Positions 20,333-29,781 of a stretch of 64,000 bases of DNA are shown in pieces; the stretch's first letter is position 1; the number at the start of each line of letters is the position of its first letter. The position numbers and the translations under genes were made by a program. This stretch comes from a virus. The DNA is taken from positions 91,260 to 155,259 of IMG/VR virus record IMGVR_UViG_3300034107_000314, one strand, 5' to 3'. The notes under the pieces were generated by a model. It made no database searches and was not told where the DNA came from. It worked only from the letters and a program-made list of their open reading frames with translations.

Positions 20333-20680
20333 ATGGGTTTAATTTACGAAGTTGGTTTGGCTAGTTCAGTATCACCAGATGTTGTTAAGAGAGTACTGAG
20401 TGTAACAGTAGATGGTGCGGAAGTTGTAACAGAAGTGGACACTACTGCTACAAAATATGTGTTAGCTCCTGTTAAAGAGGGCGCTAATGTGACGGTGGCC
20501 CTGAAGGATGTGGATGACGCTGGCAATTCAAGCGAGTGGGCCACTGTAAGCTTTGTGGCAAAGGATACGCTCCCTCCAGAGACTCCGGGCGCTCCTACAG
20601 TCACTCTAGTAGAAGAAGTGGCCGATCCTGCCCCTGTGGTCATTGAAGGTGACGCTGTGGTTATTCCAACTGAAGGTTGA
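20333..20680 (+). CDS. Ig/fibronectin-III-like small protein
   Basis: AAGGAGA RBS; VDDAGNSSEW and DTLPPETPGAP motifs of Ig/Fn3-like repeats. Confidence 0.65.
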   Translation: MGLIYEVGLASSVSPDVVKRVLSVTVDGAEVVTEVDTTATKYVLAPVKEGANVTVALKDVDDAGNSSEWATVSFVAKDTLPPETPGAPTVTLVEEVADPAPVVIEGDAVVIPTEG

Positions 20681-20699
20681 TTTAGCTATATATAAACAA

Positions 20700-20737
20700 A
20701 ATAAGCCCAGAGGAATTAACCTCCGGGCTTTTTTATT
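20700..20737 (+). terminator. intrinsic terminator
   Basis: AAGCCCAGAGG-AATTAA-CCTCCGGGCTT followed by T-run. Confidence 0.85.
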
Positions 20738-20805
20738 ATACTTTTGGCATGAAAGTTACACTAGATTATTTAAAGTATAAAAGTAATATCTTAGCGTGCA
20801 ACTAA

Positions 20806-21467
20806 AAGTTAGCTGACTATGGCTATCCTGACGAATCTTAATATATAAGATGTTACAAGTCTAGACCATAGTCATCTGCATCATCTGATTTTGCTAGGCA
20901 CAATTCCCTCCATAGGGATTCTGCAAAGCTGACCAAATACTTAACACGGTCAGGGCTAGTGACTTCCCTAACACTATTTTTATATACTTCTACTGCTAAT
21001 TCTGAACAGAAGAAATCTGCTAAGAAGCTCGCCTTGTCAAGTTCATCGTCCATATTGTATTCCTTAAAAGTTAGCTGACTGTGGCTCATCCTGCGAATCA
21101 TAATAGATAAGGTGATACATTTAGTTTATGATATCCGAATATAAATAGTTAGGTGAACTAAGCCTGTATCAAGGCGATTATTTCTAATCAAATCCTACTT
21201 GTCTTTATATCCATATTAATATTATACCAGAGGGTCTATGAATTGTCAACTATAAAATTTAAATTACAATGGTCTTGGCATACACCCTGTGGTAGTTCCA
21301 CCCGGACGTGGAGTATAAACAATTCCAATAGGTCTAGAAACTGAAGTCTTAATAAGTTTAACTAATACATCAGGCTTTGGCGGTGGCGGTGGAACGTACA
21401 TTTTGATTCTCCTAAAAGTTAGCTGACTGTCACTATTCCCACGAATCTTATTATATAAGATGATACA
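20806..21467 (-). repeat. ~52-bp dispersed repeat, 3 copies (starting 20806, 21068, 21416)
   Basis: AAGTTAGCTGACT(A/G)T...CGAATC.TA.TA.ATAAG.TG.TACA. Confidence 0.9.
20853..21053 (-). CDS. hypothetical protein (MDDELDK...)
   Basis: AAGGA RBS directly after a repeat copy. Confidence 0.5.
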   Translation of the reverse strand: MDDELDKASFLADFFCSELAVEVYKNSVREVTSPDRVKYLVSFAESLWRELCLAKSDDADDYGLDL

Positions 21468-21527
21468 AAAAAATCCAAAAAAAAGGCCGGAGGGACAAAG
21501 CCCCCCAACCCCTCCAAACCCCCCAAG

Positions 21528-22703
21528 TCACCCAGCCGCTGCGAACACCTCATCTATCTGTTCTGACGTAATCGTCTTAGAGTACGCATTCAGCCTATCC
21601 CAATCATTCTCCGTATAGCTCGTAAGTTGTCCGCCCAACTCATCGAACTTGACCCAAGTCTCATTGGAGAGATTTTGCCCAGCCCTTGTGATAGAATTGA
21701 CAATTCCAAACAAGTTCCGATCATCTTTCTCAAATGTGGCAAACTGAGTTAAGACTTCTCTGCTCTCAGTTTTATCTAGTTTACTCCTAAGACATACAGC
21801 ACCTAAGATTTGTTTCATCGAACCTTCAACCTTTAAAGTTTGCAGGCCGAGGAACTTTCTAACACCAATTGGAATTAGTGGTAGTTGCTTCTCAATATTA
21901 TCGACGATACGCTTCTTAAGGTCAACTAGGTCAATCTTACCGATGTGACGACGATCAATCATCTCGCCCTCAGTTTTGCCCCAGATACAGCCGTTCATAC
22001 AGATAGACCTGAACAGGCTAGGCTTTTGACTAATCCTACGCTTGCCGATCTCACAATTCCCAACCGAGAGCATTCCACCATAGTCTGAGTCATCGCTTTG
22101 ACCATAGTCAATAATACTGTCAGGTAATAGGAGATTACCATAGATAGTATCATCGTCGCCCCGCCAGTGAGAATACATGGAACCCGGCAGATGCTCGTTC
22201 ATCGTTTCGAGATACCATCTATTATCAATCGGTGCATATCTATCGCTGACAAATGCACGAAGTGTACCATCGCTATAAGCACGAAGTCGATATTTCTTAT
22301 CCTTGTCCGCTCTTCGCATAGCATTTTTAGCAATACGAACAGCAACGTCCGAATCTTCCCAATCCGAATCATCTTGATTCAATAGCTCCCGAATGACTGT
22401 TGACGATGGCAGCTTGAGCCGCCCAGCGAATTGGCCCAATGCCCATTCTGTTGGTTTATATTGTTTACCTGCAACTTCGAAGGCAAACTTGCCGCCCTCA
22501 CCTACCACTGGTTCGATATCTGACAATGGAACCAGCATGTCCTCACGTTCCTCAGCAGACCGTTGAACAGTTTCCATCACCTGATCGAACGATTGGCACT
22601 TTTTAGCCCAGATCTTTGACACATGGAATCCATCGGCAAAGCCTTGTTGAGCCTTGACGAATGCACCAGCAGACTTGTCACTCTTGATCTCTAGCGTACT
22701 CAT
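21528..22703 (-). CDS. DUF932-like phage protein
   Basis: RAFVSDRYAPIDN, GNCEIG...LFRSICMNG, RRH.G, FGIVNSITR pattern. Confidence 0.6.
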   Translation of the reverse strand: MSTLEIKSDKSAGAFVKAQQGFADGFHVSKIWAKKCQSFDQVMETVQRSAEEREDMLVPLSDIEPVVGEGGKFAFEVAGKQYKPTEWALGQFAGRLKLPSSTVIRELLNQDDSDWEDSDVAVRIAKNAMRRADKDKKYRLRAYSDGTLRAFVSDRYAPIDNRWYLETMNEHLPGSMYSHWRGDDDTIYGNLLLPDSIIDYGQSDDSDYGGMLSVGNCEIGKRRISQKPSLFRSICMNGCIWGKTEGEMIDRRHIGKIDLVDLKKRIVDNIEKQLPLIPIGVRKFLGLQTLKVEGSMKQILGAVCLRSKLDKTESREVLTQFATFEKDDRNLFGIVNSITRAGQNLSNETWVKFDELGGQLTSYTENDWDRLNAYSKTITSEQIDEVFAAAG

Positions 22704-22783
22704 ATCTTTTGTCCTGCAATACTTGGTTAGTTGTTGTCTTCCTTACTCTTATATTATACCACAGGATTTCACCTTGTCAAGAG

Positions 22784-25056
22784 TTAAGAATACATTTCTT
22801 TCAATTCATTTACTTCCATCTGAGTGTTTACTATGTTCAAGGCCACTAGCATAGCAAAGTAGATTTGCTGCGATAGTTCCTTGTCACCCTGACTTACTTG
22901 ATTAGCAAGTGTATAAACCAAGGTAGATAAGACTCTATTCTCTTTATTGAGTTCAAGAGCCTTATCCTTAGCATACTTGAGCAGATCTCTCATAGCCTCT
23001 CTATGGACACTCTCTCCCACTTCTACGTCAATCTTTGGTAGCATCATTTATCACTCTCACTTCTACAACAGGATATCCGACCCAAGCATTATATGCCACA
23101 GGAACTTCACGCATGATCCTTTCTCTGAGTTCAGGAGTCATGTAATATTCGACGACTTTTAGGATCTGCTCTTTTTGGTGATGCGTCATGCTCATTATTT
23201 GATCTCGTACTTATAGGTTTTTTCTTCGTAGACTAAAGGCTTTGCCGTACTTACACCCTCTACGATTGCAAGACGATAGCCAAGACGTTCGAGAGCCTCA
23301 TAGTGAGCAGCATCGCTTGACTGTACGTCACAATAGCCACCTTCTTCAGCGTCACGAATGTTTGCATCGGCCTTGAACTCCGCTTCTAAATCTTGTGACT
23401 CGCCAGTTTTTTCGTTGGTTAGGACAAATTTCCAGCTACGCATTGTTGATTCTCCAATGTCACTTTCATGTTATGTACTAGTAGTTTGCTACCACTCATT
23501 GTCACTGTAGATATTGTACCATCTGGAGTCTTGCATGTCAAGATCCAAAGTTGATTATGTCGAACGATTTCGTAGGTGTTCATGATTGTCCCCAATTCTC
23601 AATTTCGTATTGTGTTTCGCCAGCGTTTCGAGCGTAGATAGTTTTATCACTTGCGTAGGGATGGTCAAAGTTGAAAGGCTTATAGATCTCATACTTATAT
23701 AGAGACCCATTCGTCTTTTTTACTACCAGCCCTTTGGACTTAGCTAGTTGTTCAAGAGCTTTGAGTGTTAATCTCATTTGTCAATATCCTCTGGTAAGGG
23801 AAATCCACCAATGACAGGACAGTTATCTCCATCCAATTCGCCTTGAGTTCGGATACCCATATTCTCTAGCTCAGCCTCAAACGCCTCTTGACTATCTAAT
23901 AGACGATCAAGCAGTGTTATTTGATAGTATTCAATTAGACTTTCTATATCCATACTGTCAACCGACAACTGAGCCAGATTCTTACAATTACTGTATGTGT
24001 TCTCGATCATATCTTTCCCTTTCTTGTACTGCAATTATATCATATGAGGGGCTGAATGTCAACCCCCCAAGCTATATATTTTTAGTCAATCTGGGCGAGC
24101 AGTTCGCCAGCACGCTTGGCCGCGATGATTTCGGCCAGCTTGGAGAGATCCTTCTTAGGCTTGCGAACTTCGTCGCTTCGTCGCATGGTCGGCAGTTCTA
24201 CGCCAACTTCCTTAAGCTCTTTGCGGAGCTTGAGAGCCTTCTGGTAAGACGTTTCAAGGTCAAGGCCAAAATGGTCGGCAACGTCTTGGATCGTGCCACT
24301 GGTGACGTTTGTAGCGGCATCAAAGCCACGTTGGAAAACATCCATATAAACAGACACAAAATCTTCAGCATTGATGAACTTGCGTGTTGTTTTAGCCATC
24401 GGTATAGATCTCTTTCTTTAGATAGAAGATAGTGGATTTGGCTTCAAACCAGTCGTGAGTGAGATCCACTTAACTCATCATACGTTTGACTGGCTATACT
24501 ACTATTATACAGGATAGAACGCAGTTGTCAAGACTTACTTGGTGAAAATTACAGGATTCACCATTTTTACACATGAGAGGGAAGCAATGCGATTGAACCC
24601 CTTGTCAGTGTATTGCAGGACGACATATTGACCATTAGAGCTTACACCCTGACGAATGATCTTACCATCACGAACCTTGAGGATATTACGATTGCCGCCT
24701 ACAGGGTAGGAAACAACCAACTTACGACCGTTGCGAACATTGATTGACTTGAGCATATCTTAGATCTCCTTAGAACTGACACTTGGTTACTGACCACACA
24801 TATATTCTAACACAGGTGAGTTTACTTGTCAAGCATACGGCCAATAATCTGATTTTATTTCATGTTTCAGATCCTTGACCTCAGCTTCAAGTAGAACTAC
24901 GTATTCCTCTAGCTTTTTATGTATTTCTTGATAGTAGCGGTCAGCTTGTGACCCTTCCCAATCATAACCATAATCCTTAACCTGATTAAGAATGCACTCG
25001 TCATATTTCTGTCTAGTAGAGGCAAGCTCATTTTTCACCTGTTCAATCTTACTCAT
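22784..25056 (-). CDS. early small hypothetical genes (22784-23047, 23195-23443, 23580-23777, 23774-24010, 24082-24399, 24535-24756, 24829-25056)
   Basis: Most have their own TTGACA..TATAAT-type promoter and RBS; 24082-24399 has an HTH-like TIQDVADHFGL segment. Confidence 0.55.
24431..24495 (-). ncRNA. pseudoknot RNA motif copy E3 (5' leader of 24082-24399)
   Basis: AGCCAGTC/GACTGGTT, TGAG/CTCA, loop AGTGGAT pairs ATCCACT after CCAA. Confidence 0.7.
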
Positions 25057-25173
25057 CTTTTCACTCCACTTCGTTTCGTTCGTTTCTCACTTCCTTACTC
25101 CTATATTATACATCATAGAAAGCTGTTGTCAAGCCCTGTGGGGTGTTATTTTGGAGATTATTTTATATTGTTG

Positions 25174-25250
25174 TAAGTGCTTGTGGTGTAAGGACTTGCG
25201 GCGAGGCGCGCTAGCGGGGTCGCTGTAAATCCTTACGTAGTAAGTACTTA
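25174..25250. repeat. 77-bp paired-dyad site, copy 1 of 7
   Basis: TAAGTGCTTG-N5-TAAGGACTTG-N27-TAAATCCTTA-N5-TAAGTACTTA. Confidence 0.9.
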
Positions 25251-25251
25251 C

Positions 25252-25279
25252 GAAAAAACCCACCGCAACGAGCGATGGG
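25252..25279 (-). terminator. intrinsic terminator after the tRNA operon
   Basis: CCCATCGC-TCGTT-GCGGTGGG-TTTTT. Confidence 0.75.
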
Positions 25280-25294
25280 CCACTTTAAAAGGAA

Positions 25295-25368
25295 TACCCC
25301 GATCAGGATTTGAACCTGAAACCTACAGCTTAGAAGGCTGTTGCTCTATCCAATTGAGCTATCGGGGC
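25295..25368 (-). tRNA. tRNA-Arg(UCU)
   Basis: Loop CT-TCT-AA. Confidence 0.92.
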
Positions 25369-25373
25369 TTATA

Positions 25374-25437
25374 TTGAGTATTTTGGTCATAAGATAATCT
25401 CAGGTAAGAATACTCAAACTTACTTTAGTGATTATCT
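25374..25437 (-). ncRNA. pseudoknot RNA motif copy E1 (between tRNA-Leu and tRNA-Arg)
   Basis: AGATAATC/GATTATCT, GTAAG/CTTAC, loop TTGAGTATT pairs AATACTCAA after CCAA. Confidence 0.75.
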
Positions 25438-25439
25438 AA

Positions 25440-25524
25440 TACGGATGATGGGAATCGAACCCATATGAGGTTTAATCCTCGACAGATTTTAAGTCTGTTG
25501 CGTATACCATTTCGCCACATCCGC
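25440..25524 (-). tRNA. tRNA-Leu(UAA)
   Basis: Loop CT-TAA-AA, long variable arm. Confidence 0.92.
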
Positions 25525-25529
25525 ATGAA

Positions 25530-25602
25530 TACCCCTACGGAGAATTGAACTCCGGTTTCAAGATTGAAAATCTTGCGTCCTAGGCCACTAGACGATAAGG
25601 GC
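25530..25602 (-). tRNA. tRNA-Glu(UUC)
   Basis: Loop TT-TTC-AA. Confidence 0.9.
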
Positions 25603-25611
25603 ATTTACCAC

Positions 25612-25684
25612 TTGGCCTATCGGGGTACGATCCCGAAACCTGTCACTTATAAGGTGACTGCTCTACCAATTGAGCTATAGGCCA
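25612..25684 (-). tRNA. tRNA-Ile(UAU)
   Basis: GTCAC-CTTATAA-GTGAC; T-loop ATCGTAC (A54). Confidence 0.85.
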
Positions 25685-25689
25685 GTAGA

Positions 25690-25753
25690 TGCCATTTTTG
25701 GACTGAAGTCAATCTCGTTTGGGAAATGGCAAACCCAACTTCATTGATCGACT
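25690..25753 (-). ncRNA. pseudoknot RNA motif copy E2 (at the TSS of the tRNA operon)
   Basis: AGTCGATC/GATTGACT, TTGGG/CCCAA, loop TGCCATTT pairs AAATGGCA after CCAA; 5 nt after a TTGACA-17-TATAAT promoter. Confidence 0.75.
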
Positions 25754-25764
25754 ATCTTATTATA

Positions 25765-27549
25765 TCACTTCACTTTCAGTTTGTCAACTAGACGCCTGAG
25801 AAAACTCTTGTTAATCTTCTGGACATTTACGAGACGACCATCGTAGAATGACTTGATTTTATTATCACTCAACTGAATGGTCAGCAAATACTGTGATCTC
25901 TCAAGATCCATGTTACGCAAGATTGTCTCGTATCGCAGTCTATGTTCAAACATATCACGAACTTGGATTACAGTACCTTCATATTCCTTGATCTCATATA
26001 GGGTATGAGCAGGAAGATGAGTACGATCTAATTTCCGTTCGATGTACTGGAACTTGACTTTGTTACCAGCGGTCAATTGTGCGATCATCTCTATCTTCTC
26101 CTGAAAGGTTTGAATCATCTTCATCTCACTACTCTATTATACCATCTCGTATTCACTTGTCAAGCAACTTTTTCGAGAACTTTCCTCGAATCTGTATTCG
26201 CCAGCAAAGATTTCGTTCAACGTCTCTAGGCTAGCAATGAAGTCACGATAAGATGAGAACTCATCAATATCGGTTTTTTGGTTATCGTATACTTTGCCAG
26301 TTGACAGGTTTGTCATCTTGTAGAAATAGATCATTCGTCTTCTCCTATTTCAAAAACTTCCCAGTCGTCTACATCCTTAGTAGAAAAATACTCTACAGTA
26401 TAAGGATACTGTTCTATCTTCTCATTTGCTATTTCTTTAGCATGATCTCTATTCTCAGCTTCAACGTCGATATCAACGCCGTGAATTTCGTACACTCTGA
26501 CGACATACTTCTTCATACATTACCCCGGATAGATAGAGATATTGAAACCACTCAAGAACGCATCGGACAACAGCTCAAATCGACCACCACCGTGGCTTGG
26601 CATGAAGATATGAATATCTCCATTATCTGCGATGTTACCAGAGAACATCTTATCAAGAGTTGGCACATACAGCAAGCAGTTCGTTTCCATCACTCACTCC
26701 CTTTCTTACTACTCTATTGTATCACACGATCCTGTCTTGTCAAGCTCAAAATGCCTTAATCGTAAGATTTTGAATTGGCAAGAGAGAGATGTTTATCACT
26801 TTGGGCTGCTTTGGTTCTTCGACCCTTACCTCTACGCTTCCCACTTTGGGAGCTACCAGAGCAGGAAATGGGGCTTCCCGCTTCTGGAAGTGTTTGCATC
26901 CACTGCATGACAGGATCAAAACCGCAATAATCGTCAATCGCATAGGTCACTCCTTTGTTAGTTTCCCTATATATATTATCGACATTTTGCGGCTCCCTAT
27001 CCAGCTTATTCTCCCAAAATTCAGCAGAAAATTCAAGAACATCTCTCATCGGCTACACTCCCTATAAAAAATTAAACTTCTTCAGGCCAGTTAAACCACA
27101 GTTGAGGTTGATTCTTATCTATAAGATAGTCTTCATCATCATTATCTAGCATGAGTGCATCATGATCTAGTATATATGTTGAATCGTTTTCTACATCGTA
27201 CAATTGAATGTCAGTGTCCAAGAAACGCTCATCAATCTGAGCTTCTTTAAGTTCACGCCATGTCATGGTCGATATCCCTTTTATCAGTGGTTCGTTCCCA
27301 CCGTTGTTTATGTTCTACTACATCATGCAAATATTTCTTGCCATCGCTGTTGAATGTCCATACATCCATCACTTCTTCCTGTTCAGGGATGATAAGATCG
27401 TCATCACCACTTGGGTCGTACCCCTTAAGAGCTTCGCGAGTTGCCCCCCGAAGTTTCTTGTTACATTGTTTCTTGCTACTCTTATCAGAGTCACCAGCGA
27501 TTTTGAAGATTGGCGTTTTGCGATATGACTTACCCACTTTATTCTCCAC
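25765..27549 (-). CDS. early small hypothetical genes (25765-26124, 26137-26334, 26331-26516, 26746-26943 lipoprotein-like, 27072-27266, 27253-27549)
   Basis: Tandem ORFs; 26746-26943 has a lipobox-like LSCSGC; 25765-26124 is weakly WYL-like. Confidence 0.5.
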
Positions 27550-27697
27550 TTTCAGGACATGAGATGCTTAGCATAATTCCACACATGAATAGCGTAAATA
27601 CCATCATAGATTATACCTTCATTAAAACCTCCAACAGAGCCGACAGATTGTTGTGTATCATGATACTATTATACCATACGGATACAGGAATGTCAAG

Positions 27698-27769
27698 AGC
27701 CGAGGGAGGGATTTGAACCCCCAACCTTTGCTTTACAAAAGCACTGCTCTACCGTTGAGCTACCCCGGC
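27698..27769 (-). tRNA. tRNA-Thr(UGU)
   Basis: Loop TT-TGT-AA. Confidence 0.9.
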
Positions 27770-27772
27770 GAA

Positions 27773-27844
27773 TGGAACTACTGGGGGACGATCCCAGACT
27801 AACACATTAAAAGTGTGCGGTGCTGCCAGTTACACCATAGTTCC
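27773..27844 (-). tRNA. tRNA-Lys(UUU)
   Basis: Loop CT-TTT-AA; T-loop ATCGTCC (A54). Confidence 0.82.
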
Positions 27845-27899
27845 AAGCTAGGACCACATAATGGTCCCGTTTCATATCGCACACATGGTACGACAGAAG

Positions 27900-27971
27900 C
27901 TGGTCAGGTAGGACTTGAACCTACAACCGTTCCGTTAACAGCGGAATGCTCTACCATTGAGCTACTGACCA
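27900..27971 (-). tRNA. tRNA-Asn(GUU)
   Basis: Loop CT-GTT-AA, G73. Confidence 0.92.
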
Positions 27972-27977
27972 AAGTAC

Positions 27978-28103
27978 GTTTGAATGGGAGGAATCGAACC
28001 TCATCTCACCTCTTATTCCACCTAGATTATCTGACCACAGAATGCAAAGATGGGAATTGAACCCATTCGATCTAGTCGGGACGCTTCCTGCGTTCATTCA
28101 AAC
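27978..28103 (-). ncRNA. tRNA-like RNA with two T-arms
   Basis: GTTTGAATG/CATTCAAAC closing stem; ATGGG(TTCAATT)CCCAT and GAGG(TTCGATT)CCTC; inner CTAGAT/ATCTAG; TCTG(TGGT)CAGA. Confidence 0.65.
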
Positions 28104-28105
28104 AT

Positions 28106-28186
28106 TGCGTGCTAGTGGAATCGAACCACTTAAGGCGTAGCCACCTGATTTACAGTCAGGTCCGTTATCCAACTCGGTCAACACGC
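28106..28186 (-). tRNA. tRNA-Tyr(GUA)
   Basis: Loop CT-GTA-AA, variable arm GGCTACGCC. Confidence 0.88.
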
Positions 28187-28198
28187 TTCGTATTACTA

Positions 28199-28782
28199 TT
28201 ATACACCAGATTCCAATTTTGTCAACCGATCTTTCAATTCTTTTATGATTTTCTCAAGTCCGGCGACTTGCCATTCGGCGATGTTCAGCCGTGACTCAAT
28301 TGATGGTGGCTCTGGCTTATCAGCATAGTCGCAGAAGTTGAAAGTCTCAATTCGGCTATGCTCATAGTGAACAGGTTCGCCATGTACAGTCTGGATTCCA
28401 TCGGGCGAGTAGAACTTCACTAAGATATGATTGTCTCCATCGTCCCAACCGTCAGCAGCTTCCAAGCATTCGATATAGTACCAATTCCTATAGTCGGGAA
28501 GCTGGGCTTTCATTCTAGCCAATTCAGTGGTACTGGGCCGGAATGTTGTGTGTTTCCAAGATACGCTCATTCTGATATCCTTTTCAATAGGTCAATAGCG
28601 GTTTGAAACTCTGGACGATCTTTGTTGTTGCTTCCTAAATTCCTTAGTAGCCACAACACGTTGTCTTCTCTCAGTTCTATTCTACCACGGGGAACATCCA
28701 TTGTCAAGAGTAATTCCATAAGAGCTACCCTAGTTTTTAAAAAGAAGATCTCATCGTTGAGTGTGTCTATGAAATACGACAT
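28199..28782 (-). CDS. two hypothetical genes (28199-28570, 28567-28782)
   Basis: ATGA-coupled ORFs. Confidence 0.55.
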
Positions 28783-28956
28783 CAGAATTGCCCCTTGAAA
28801 ACCATCTTGATTAGTTGACCAACACAGTAACCAGCAACCAGAGCTATGACTTCTAACATCTGCAACTCTCCTTTGAGAAGGGTGACTCGTTTCTTATATT
28901 ACTATTATACATTATCGACATCCTGTTGTCAAGTGTTTAGACCAAATTATTTTAAT

Positions 28957-29062
28957 AAGTTAGCTGACTGTAGCTTAACGTGGCGAGCCTTAATATATAG
29001 GATAATCCAAAGTTAGCTGACTGTAGCTTAACTTTGCGTATCTGATTATATAGGATAATCCA
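28957..29062 (-). repeat. two tandem copies of the ~52-bp AAGTTAGCTGACT repeat
   Basis: AAGTTAGCTGACTGTAGCTTAAC...TATATAGGATAATCCA x2. Confidence 0.9.
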
Positions 29063-29152
29063 CCCCCACCCCCCAGACCACCCAGATTACCCAAACTACC
29101 CAAACCTCCTAATCGCTATAAACCCTATAACCCACCCATCTTAACATCGACG

Positions 29153-29229
29153 TAAGTATATATAGTATAAGGACTTATGGCGTTTCCCCCTGCCGCCCTC
29201 GCCGTAAACCCTTACTGGCAAAGGACTTA
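29153..29229. repeat. 77-bp paired-dyad site, copy 2
   Basis: TAAGTATATA-N5-TAAGGACTTA-N27-TAAACCCTTA-N5-AAAGGACTTA. Confidence 0.9.
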
Positions 29230-29251
29230 TATCAATTGTATTTCAGTCAAT

Positions 29252-29280
29252 AAAAAATGCAACCGCCGAAGCGATTGCAT
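29252..29280 (-). terminator. intrinsic terminator with UUCG loop
   Basis: ATGCAATCGC-TTCG-GCGGTTGCAT-TTTTT. Confidence 0.85.
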
Positions 29281-29345
29281 TTAATATTAATCACGTTGGC
29301 ATAATGATATTGCAATGCCCATAAAGAACATCAATATTATTATCA

Positions 29346-29747
29346 TCAGGCCACCAAGATACCCGCCTTCCGTTGTGTCATGATTTCAATTTGCTTAAGT
29401 CTATCACGAATCCCCATACGCTTTACACCATATACAGGCGAATAGATATTAGGATTGGTTTTAGTTGACTTACGAACTCTAGCGGCTTGCAAGGTGTAGG
29501 GAGTAAGAAAGGGATGAGTCTTTTTCAAGACTGGGCTATTCTTATTTTCCAACATTGCGTAAATGCTATCGGCGAATTGTTTTAATGTCGAATCGGCACA
29601 GTGAGTGCGGAATTCGTTGCCATTTTTTTGAACCGATACCACTTTGTTTCCAAGCAAGAGCAGATCAGATCGGCCAGCGGTGATGCCAGCGGTTGCGTTT
29701 GAAGTCTTGGCAATTTTACGATCTGAGTTCTGAATGCGAATCGACAT
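29346..29747 (-). CDS. basic hypothetical protein
   Basis: AAGGTGA RBS, 133 aa. Confidence 0.6.
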   Translation of the reverse strand: MSIRIQNSDRKIAKTSNATAGITAGRSDLLLLGNKVVSVQKNGNEFRTHCADSTLKQFADSIYAMLENKNSPVLKKTHPFLTPYTLQAARVRKSTKTNPNIYSPVYGVKRMGIRDRLKQIEIMTQRKAGILVA

Positions 29748-29781
29748 GAATATTTCACCTTAGATAGTGAACAATCGGACA

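Noticed and set aside
24431-25753. Pseudoknot motif as a theta/HDV-like ribozyme
   Set aside because: The HDV P3 helix pairs fully in only one of three copies, whereas the alternative P2 helix covaries in all three. Not formally excluded without a model search.
27848-27897. Two small hairpins between tRNA-Asn and tRNA-Lys as a separate ncRNA
   Set aside because: Only two 6-7-bp hairpins with no second copy; insufficient evidence.
27510-28294. Plus-strand ORFs 27510-27716, 27815-28060 and 28109-28294
   Set aside because: Antisense to tRNA genes, no RBS.
28957-29062. CRISPR mini-array for the Cas12-like protein
   Set aside because: The two units are similar along their whole length, with no unique spacer, and the other copies are degenerate and hundreds of bp apart.
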